The notes under the pieces were generated by a model. It was not told the DNA's origin. It did not search any database and worked only from the letters and a program-made list of their open reading frames with translations. A stretch of 40,853 bases of DNA from an uncultured Acidimicrobium sp. (GTDB lineage: Bacteria > Actinomycetota > Acidimicrobiia > Acidimicrobiales > Ilumatobacteraceae): NCBI GenBank assembly GCA_964654335.1, contig CAZZJH010000004.1, positions 1-40,853 on the forward strand. Direction: 5' to 3'. Of the stretch, positions 35,476 to 40,853 are shown in pieces. The stretch's first letter is position 1. The number at the start of each line of letters is the position of its first letter. Both the position numbers and the translations under genes were made by a program.

Positions 35476-36075
35476 ATGGCCACACTGCGATTCAGCTTCG
35501 GAACGATGGGCTCGGGAAAGAGCACTTTGGCGCTGCAGATCCACCACAACATGACATCACGAGGAGTACGTGGCTTGTTGGTGACCAAACTCGATCGAGA
35601 AGGAACGAAAGTGACCAGCCGACTCGGCGTCTCTGCACCAGCCATTGAGATGACTCCAGAACTCGACCTCTTCAAACTCGCAGAGGATCGCATGCCGATC
35701 TCATTCATAGTTTGTGACGAAGCGCAGTTCTACACGATTGACCAGTGCAATCAACTTGCGCGCGTGGTGGACGAACTCGACATCGACGTGTACGCATTCG
35801 GCCTGATCACCGATTTCCGCGGAATTCTTTTCGACGGCACCAAACGACTTTTGGAAATCGCCGATCAACGAACCGAGATGCAAGTGGAGGCACGGTGTTG
35901 GTGTGGGCGACGTGCCAACAACAATGCGCGACTCGTCAATGGACGGATCGTCCACGAAGGTGAAACCGTCGTGGTGGGCGACACCGACAAGTCGAAAAGC
36001 GAACCACTCTTTGGTGATGAGGTTCGTTACGAGTTGCTATGCCGTCGGCATTACCTCACCGGCGAGCTCGGCTGA
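35476..36075 (+). CDS. tdk: Thymidine kinase
   Basis: MATLRFSFGTMGSGKSTLALQ aligns with E. coli Tdk [21 protein letters not shown]. The motifs VCDEAQF, GLITDFRG and the Zn-site CWCG...CRRHY are also present. I chose ATG 35476. Confidence 0.9.
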   Translation: MATLRFSFGTMGSGKSTLALQIHHNMTSRGVRGLLVTKLDREGTKVTSRLGVSAPAIEMTPELDLFKLAEDRMPISFIVCDEAQFYTIDQCNQLARVVDELDIDVYAFGLITDFRGILFDGTKRLLEIADQRTEMQVEARCWCGRRANNNARLVNGRIVHEGETVVVGDTDKSKSEPLFGDEVRYELLCRRHYLTGELG

Positions 36076-36470
36076 TTCGCACCCCTCACTCGAGTGATCA
36101 CACCAATAACCAAAGCAGCTGAAGTTACTCCAATCGCATTTCCCACGTAGTCGGCAAGTTGTCGAGAACGAATCTCCGTGAAAATCGGTTGCAGCGTTTC
36201 CACCACGGCACTCCACATCAACAACGAGAAGAGTGCGTGAATCCACTTGCTTCGGAAGGCCCACGCGAAAACCAGACTGGTAGCCGCCCAGACGAGCACA
36301 TGCAGATCGACATCGTTTCCTGGACGGGTCTCAAGAACTGATTCGGTGACGCCCTCGTTCACACGAAGGAAGAAGTCGAGCGTGGCTTGCCACCAATCGA
36401 TGACCGAGTCCGACCACATGAACGCCGTGACAACGACAAGAAGTGCGAATGCGAGAATTCGACGATTCAC
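36051..36470 (-). CDS. VanZ-like membrane protein
   Basis: It has about 4 TM helices with DLHVLVWAA, a conserved ETLQP...R, then ADYVGNAIG. I chose the GTG at 36470, which overlaps the upstream stop as GTGA. The ORF track start at 36725 runs about 255 nt into the saccharopine dehydrogenase gene. Confidence 0.6.
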   Translation of the reverse strand: MNRRILAFALLVVVTAFMWSDSVIDWWQATLDFFLRVNEGVTESVLETRPGNDVDLHVLVWAATSLVFAWAFRSKWIHALFSLLMWSAVVETLQPIFTEIRSRQLADYVGNAIGVTSAALVIGVITRVRGANQPSSPVR

Positions 36471-37753
36471 GCGACGCGAATGGCGCGCTTGACCGGACGA
36501 TCCCAGCCAGGCTGACCAGTGGATTTCGGGCTCGGCCAAAGGCCGGGACCCATTTCCACCATTCCGTGGTGTGCACCGTAAGCACCGAGCAAGTTGAGGA
36601 ATGGAGCAGCATCGAATGCTTCTGCACCACGCACACCCGTTCCCTTCCAACTTCCTGTGCTCAACAACTCGAGCGCGACCACCGGGCAGATCGCCGTCTG
36701 CCACAACACCGCTTGCGAACCCCACTCGCGCATCGTCGTCTCATTGTCTGCAACGTGATACAGGTACAACTCGCGAGGCTGACCGTCGTAGGTGCCCTTC
36801 ACCCAGGTTCCGGCGCAAGTCTTGCCGTGCATGACGTGGCCGAGCTTGGCAGGGTTCGGCAACACGGCTGCAAGCACATCGCGCGGAGCGACGCTCACGT
36901 CGCCCACCTTGATGCGCTCCTTGGAGTCCAAGCCGAGGTAAGCGAACGTCTTCAGCCAATCGATGAACTCTGCACCGAGGCTGTACTTGAACGTCACACG
37001 CTTGCAGTCGATCTCACGCGGGATGAGGAGGACTTCTTCGTGCTCTACGTTCACGCACTCGCTAGGCCCAATACCTGCCGGGAAGTGGAAGACTTCCGGC
37101 TCGCTGAAGCAATCGGTGGTGTACAAACCATGCTCCGCATCCCACACGATCGGCGGATTCAACGTTTCCTCGATGGTCGTCCAGATGGAGAACGTTGGTG
37201 CGAAATCGAGCCCGTCGATCGACAGGTTCGAGCCGTCCCGTACGCCGATCTCGTCGATCGTGTCGAAAAGGTTGTCGGCTGCATAACGAGCGAATACATC
37301 GGAGAGCCCCGGCTCGACGCCCATGCCAACGAGAGCGAGAATGCCCCGATCGCGCCACGCCTGATCGGCGTCAAGTTGTGCCTTACCGAGCGGAACACCC
37401 ACCTCTTCATACGGATTGGTGGGGTGCGGCTCACTCAGGTTCATCGCCATGTCGATGTAGCTGACGTGACTGTCATAACACGCCTCGAAGATTGGCTCGT
37501 TGAGCCGCGGGTCACATGCGTTGACCACCACGTCAGCTTTCACGTCGGCGATCAATGACTTGATCGACTCTTTGTTGCGGGCATCAACCTGCTTTGCGAC
37601 GAATCGTGAGCGATCATCGAGCTGTTTGAGAGCGTCCTCGGCTCGCGACGCTGAAATGTCGGCGAGGATGAAGGAATTGAAGAACGAGCGGGTCTCGGCG
37701 ATGGACGCCATGGAGGCTCCAACACCCCCCGCCCCTATCACCAAGATGTTCAT
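36467..37753 (-). CDS. Saccharopine dehydrogenase family NAD(P)-dependent oxidoreductase
   Basis: It has the Rossmann start MNILVIGAGGVGASMA. The 428-aa layout is typical of saccharopine/carboxynorspermidine dehydrogenase-like proteins. The exact substrate is unknown. Confidence 0.8.
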   Translation of the reverse strand: MNILVIGAGGVGASMASIAETRSFFNSFILADISASRAEDALKQLDDRSRFVAKQVDARNKESIKSLIADVKADVVVNACDPRLNEPIFEACYDSHVSYIDMAMNLSEPHPTNPYEEVGVPLGKAQLDADQAWRDRGILALVGMGVEPGLSDVFARYAADNLFDTIDEIGVRDGSNLSIDGLDFAPTFSIWTTIEETLNPPIVWDAEHGLYTTDCFSEPEVFHFPAGIGPSECVNVEHEEVLLIPREIDCKRVTFKYSLGAEFIDWLKTFAYLGLDSKERIKVGDVSVAPRDVLAAVLPNPAKLGHVMHGKTCAGTWVKGTYDGQPRELYLYHVADNETTMREWGSQAVLWQTAICPVVALELLSTGSWKGTGVRGAEAFDAAPFLNLLGAYGAHHGMVEMGPGLWPSPKSTGQPGWDRPVKRAIRVA

Positions 37754-37779
37754 TGTCTGTCGTCCCTGTCACTTCCCTG

Positions 37780-37805
37780 CGTTGTGCAATTGGATTCGCA
37801 CAACG
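37780..37805 (-). promoter_or_regulatory. 8-bp perfect inverted repeat 27 nt upstream of the saccharopine-dehydrogenase-family start (candidate operator or 5'-UTR hairpin)
   Basis: CGTTGTGC (37780-37787) pairs with GCACAACG (37798-37805) around a 10-nt loop. On the transcribed (minus) strand no U-run follows, so it is not a classical terminator. Confidence 0.3.
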
Positions 37806-37881
37806 TTTCGGAGTTGCTTCAGGCTACCAACGAACCTTGAATTTCGGCTTTCCGTGCAGGGACAAGAGATTCGAAAGGTAT

Positions 37882-38256
37882 CTAAAAAACATTCAACAAG
37901 TCGACGACAAAGACAAGTGTTTCTCCGCCTTTGATCACACCACCTGCACCATGACTGCCATAACCCATGTCGGGAGGAATCGTGAGTGTGCGACGTCCAC
38001 CAACTTTCATACCAGCGACACCTTCGTCCCAGCCTTGAATCACTTGTCCCGCGCCAAGACGGAAATCAAACGGCTCACTGCGATCCCATGATGCGTCAAA
38101 TTGACGGCCCGTGCTCCAAGCGACTCCCACATAGTGGACGGACACATTGCGGCCCTTGGTCGCCTCGTCTCCCGAACCCACTACATCGTCGGAGATGGTG
38201 AGTTGGCTCGGTGGAGCTTCATTGGGGATGGTGATTGATGGCTTGTTTTCCGGCAT
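37882..38256 (-). CDS. FKBP-type peptidyl-prolyl cis-trans isomerase
   Basis: The FKBP core is VHYVGVAWSTGRQFDASWDR.EPF.FRLGAGQVIQGWDEGVAGMKVGGRR.LTIPPDMGYG...TLVFVVDLL. Confidence 0.9.
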   Translation of the reverse strand: MPENKPSITIPNEAPPSQLTISDDVVGSGDEATKGRNVSVHYVGVAWSTGRQFDASWDRSEPFDFRLGAGQVIQGWDEGVAGMKVGGRRTLTIPPDMGYGSHGAGGVIKGGETLVFVVDLLNVF

Positions 38257-38739
38257 TTGAGCACCCTAGCAACCGCACTTCGGTACCTGTGTGCGACCGC
38301 TTCACGACGACACGATGAGCGCGTGGTGCAGTCATCGGGGAAGAGACATCTGATCTCGACACATCGGCACCGAGCATTGCACTTGTTTTTTGCGCAGTTC
38401 ACGAGTCCGATCATCTTGATTCTGATCGGTGCAACGGTTTTATCGATGGTTCTCGGTCAAGTTGCTGATGCGTCGATCATCCTGGCAATCGTCTTGAGCA
38501 GTGGACTACTTGGCTTTTGGCAGGAACATGGAGCCAACAAGGCCGTCGATGCACTCCTCAAACGAATCGAAGTACATGTCGAAGTTCTTCGCGAAGGCAA
38601 GGTGACGAGTATCCCTCTCACACAAGTACGTATGGGCGACGAAGTGGTGCTCAACGCGGGCGACATCGTGCCCGCAGATTGCGTCATGGTCGAATCACGG
38701 AGCTTGTTGGTGGACGAATCAGCGCTCACCTTCGACTGA
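38257..38739 (+). pseudogene. Truncated remnant of a P-type (type II/III, MgtA/Ca-ATPase-like) cation ATPase
   Basis: Only TM1, TM2 and the beginning of the actuator domain are encoded: FAQFTSPIILILIGATVLS, FWQEHGANKAVDAL, VLREGK, GDEVVLNAGDIVPADC. The frame stops inside the conserved LTGES block (VDESALTFD-stop). No DKTGT or nucleotide-binding region follows before the next gene. Confidence 0.7.
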
Positions 38740-38870
38740 GATCTCTTTTCAAGAGATGCCTAAACGCAGTAATTCAGCGGTAGGCTGTTTGACGTGGCCA
38801 TTCGGGTCACGTTGTACAGACTTCCGTTGTCTCGGTTGCTTGTGCAGATCGATTGACAGGAAGAATCAAC

Positions 38871-40229
38871 ATGACTACCCCCCTTTTCTCTGACCTTGGC
38901 TTGCCCGACGACGTCATTCAGCGCCTCGCCCAGCAAGGCATTACGACCCCGACGGCAATTCAGGCAGCCGTCATCCCCGACTCGCTCGCTGGACTCGACG
39001 TGTGTGGCCGCGCCCCAACAGGCTCGGGTAAGACCCTCGCATTCGGTCTGCCACTGCTGACCAATCTCGGTAAGGGCTCGCGTCGCAAGCCAACCGGGCT
39101 CATCCTCTCGCCAACCCGCGAACTTGCCCACCAAATCGCAGAAGCGCTGAAGCCTTTTGCGCGTGAGAAGGGTCGCTCGATCGTCGCCATCTACGGCGGC
39201 GTTGGATACGGACCGCAGATCAAGGCATTCGACAAGGGTGTCGATCTCGTTGTCGCGTGCCCCGGCCGCCTCGAAGACCTCATCAAGATGGGCTCAGTGA
39301 ACCTTTCAGATGTGAATCAAGTGGTCATCGACGAAGCAGACCGCATGGCCGACATGGGATTCCTTCCCTCCGTGCATCGCCTCGTGGATCAGACCAGCAA
39401 GGTGCGCCAGGTGCAGTTGTTCTCCGCCACTTTTGACGGTGCCGTTGGCAAGTTGTCGAAGAAGGTGCAGCAATCACCAGTGATTCACGAGATCGGCGAG
39501 GCCAAGCCCGACATCACCAACGCACGTCACGTGTTCTGGAAGGTCGATCGCGCAGAGCGCTCCAAGCACACGGTCAGCATCGTGGAGAAGATGGGTTCGA
39601 CCATGGTGTTCTGCCGCACTCGTCACGGTGCCGATCGTTTGGCACAGCAACTCGTTCGCTCAGGCCTCACCGCAGCTGCCATCCATGGTGGCCGCAGTCA
39701 GGCACAACGCGATCGTGCACTCCGCGATTTCGCCAAGGGCTCGGTCTCGGCTCTCGTCGCCACCGATGTGGCATCACGCGGCGTACACGTCGATGACGTT
39801 GCAGTAGTTGTTCACTTCGATCCACCGGAGGACGCAGCAACGTACGTACACCGCTCAGGGCGTACGGCCCGCGCCGGTGCGTCTGGCGTGGTGGTCTCAC
39901 TCGTCGATCAATCAGCTCAACGAGCAGTGCGCTCATTGCAGCGCGAAGTGGGAATCGAAGCACAGATGGAAGCGGCCTCGACCGCAACGTTGGTGGCTCC
40001 CGAACGACGCGCGCAAGGCGGAACCTTCAATGGTGTAGTGGAATTCTTCAACTCCGCCCGCGGCTACGGATTCATCACCCGCGAGAATGGCGAAAACTTG
40101 TTCTTCCACATGACTAACGTGAAGTTGGACGGTGGCAAAGAGCCGGAGATCGGCCAGACCTTGCAATACGAGATCGGCGACGGTCGACGTGGCGATGAGG
40201 CAATGAACCTCCGGGATTTGCAGCGCTGA
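38871..40229 (+). CDS. DEAD-box RNA helicase fused to a C-terminal cold-shock (CSD/OB) domain
   Basis: The helicase region has a Q-motif (FSDLGL...TPTAIQ), GRAPTGSGKT, VIDEADRM, SAT and HRSGRTARAG. The last ~65 aa are a CspA-like domain: GVVEFFNSARGYGFITRENGENLFFHM, with RNP1 and RNP2. I chose ATG 38871 behind GGAAGA. The ORF track uses TTG 38853. Confidence 0.9.
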   Translation: MTTPLFSDLGLPDDVIQRLAQQGITTPTAIQAAVIPDSLAGLDVCGRAPTGSGKTLAFGLPLLTNLGKGSRRKPTGLILSPTRELAHQIAEALKPFAREKGRSIVAIYGGVGYGPQIKAFDKGVDLVVACPGRLEDLIKMGSVNLSDVNQVVIDEADRMADMGFLPSVHRLVDQTSKVRQVQLFSATFDGAVGKLSKKVQQSPVIHEIGEAKPDITNARHVFWKVDRAERSKHTVSIVEKMGSTMVFCRTRHGADRLAQQLVRSGLTAAAIHGGRSQAQRDRALRDFAKGSVSALVATDVASRGVHVDDVAVVVHFDPPEDAATYVHRSGRTARAGASGVVVSLVDQSAQRAVRSLQREVGIEAQMEAASTATLVAPERRAQGGTFNGVVEFFNSARGYGFITRENGENLFFHMTNVKLDGGKEPEIGQTLQYEIGDGRRGDEAMNLRDLQR

Positions 40230-40233
40230 AAGC

Positions 40234-40268
40234 AGAAGTCCCGGCCCCTTGTGGGAACCGGGACTTCT
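40234..40268. terminator. Stem-loop between the convergent helicase gene and tRNA-fMet (candidate bidirectional terminator)
   Basis: A perfect 11-bp stem pairs AGAAGTCCCGG (40234-40244) with CCGGGACTTCT (40258-40268) around a 13-nt loop. It starts 5 nt after the helicase stop and ends 5 nt before the tRNA 3' end. Only a weak T-run (GCTTTC) follows on the minus strand. Confidence 0.5.
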
Positions 40269-40272
40269 CAAT

Positions 40273-40349
<77 letters not shown>

Positions 40350-40406
40350 TCGTTGAGCAACTACGGTAGCCACGCGGGACTGGTTCTCCAACCCGATTTG
40401 TCGATC

Positions 40407-40790
40407 ATGGCGCTCTTTTCTCGCACTCCCAAAGCCACCGCATCCGAGGTGGAAGCGATCCGTGCGGAGTTGCAATCGCTGCGTTCGGAACTGACGAAAC
40501 GGACGAACGAACTCTCACTCGTCACTGCATCGGCGAATGCGCTCGATCAACGAATCAGTGCGCTCGATACACGTGTCGTGGGCATGTCGACGGAGCTCAC
40601 CAACCAATTGCATGAACTCGGCAACGAGATTCAGCAACTTTCAGAACGCCAGAACGACCCTGCCGTGATTGCCGCTCTCGATCAGTTGAAGGTGAGCCAA
40701 ACCAGAATTGCCAACGAGCAAGCCCGTTATGAGATCGCTTTCCGCCAGGACTTGGCGATGCTCGCGGAACAACTCAAGCGCGGTCAGTAA
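40407..40790 (+). CDS. Hypothetical coiled-coil protein
   Basis: The product is 127 aa from MALFSRTPKATASEVEAIRAELQSLRSEL and is heptad-rich throughout. The ORF track start at 40353 abuts the tRNA gene and is less likely. Confidence 0.4.
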   Translation: MALFSRTPKATASEVEAIRAELQSLRSELTKRTNELSLVTASANALDQRISALDTRVVGMSTELTNQLHELGNEIQQLSERQNDPAVIAALDQLKVSQTRIANEQARYEIAFRQDLAMLAEQLKRGQ

Positions 40791-40853
40791 CTATTCGACG
40801 AGGGAAATCGCGCGGGCGATCAAGTCCCGCGCTTCCTGCATCTTCGCTTGATA
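40791..40853 (-). CDS. 3' end of an unidentified minus-strand gene (partial, runs off the window)
   Basis: The open frame reads ...YQAKMQEARDLIARAISLVE then a stop (cta at 40791-40793). It is too short to assign. Confidence 0.2.
   Translation of the reverse strand, partial: YQAKMQEARDLIARAISLVE

Noticed and set aside
36443-37558. 371-aa plus-strand ORF, and many similar long ORFs (1546-2178, 6186-6689, 8164-8775, 18133-18921, 35262-35708, 33367-34023)
   Set aside because: All lie antisense or out of frame within genes that have strong family motifs. Their products are Arg/Ser/Pro/His-rich low-complexity sequences typical of shadow ORFs.
38741-38757. 7-bp hairpin ATCTCTT-TTC-AAGAGAT just after the ATPase remnant, as a terminator
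   Set aside because: The stem is AT-rich and short, the loop is only 3 nt, and no T-run follows. It is too weak to call.

Overview
This is a compact chromosomal segment that looks actinobacterial. The Crp/GlxR-like regulator, Rv0557-type mannosyltransferase, LytR_C protein and MeaA-like mutase resemble Actinomycetota proteins. A streamlined Acidimicrobiia-like genome is my guess only. Genes are tightly packed, and many convergent pairs share or overlap their stop codons.

Housekeeping content:
- aat, a fused ethylmalonyl-CoA-mutase-like B12 enzyme, plsY, glycerate kinase and rlmB
- ispD-ispF (ATGA-coupled), crp, corA, tdk and a saccharopine-dehydrogenase-family enzyme
- an FKBP isomerase and a DEAD-box helicase carrying a C-terminal cold-shock domain
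- three tRNAs: Thr-UGU, Lys-UUU and initiator Met-CAU

Accessory content:
1. 2.9-6.2 kb holds a carotenoid-tailoring gene set: CrtO-type acyltransferase, CrtZ-type hydroxylase, a possible CrtA-type oxygenase and a CrtQ-type glycosyltransferase. No backbone synthesis genes are present.
2. 10.7-16.6 kb is a lower-GC envelope-glycosylation block: corA, two GT4 genes, an MFS transporter and ugd.
3. 20.5-26.2 kb is the most interesting part. It is a lower-GC insert between tRNA-Lys and cutA.
   - It encodes a 1203-aa three-domain protein: a Cas4/Dna2-type 4-Cys PD-(D/E)XK nuclease, an RNase-H-like TM0106 module and an SF1B helicase.
   - A stand-alone Cas4-like nuclease lies convergent to it, with overlapping stop codons.
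   - A gamma-class N6-adenine DNA methyltransferase is transcribed divergently from that nuclease.
   - I propose this as a candidate uncharacterised nucleic-acid defence or restriction-modification-like module.

Other oddities:
- The start codon of a copper P1B-ATPase lies 2 nt after the 3' end of tRNA-Lys.
- A 7-TM protein carries two PQ-loops.
- A membrane-anchored M14 peptidase has an internally duplicated N-terminal module.
- A 496-aa orphan protein has a central coiled coil.
- A P-type ATPase survives only as a truncated relic.

I saw no rRNA, CRISPR array, integrase or transposase. All family calls come from motif recognition by eye on the supplied translations. No database search was run.
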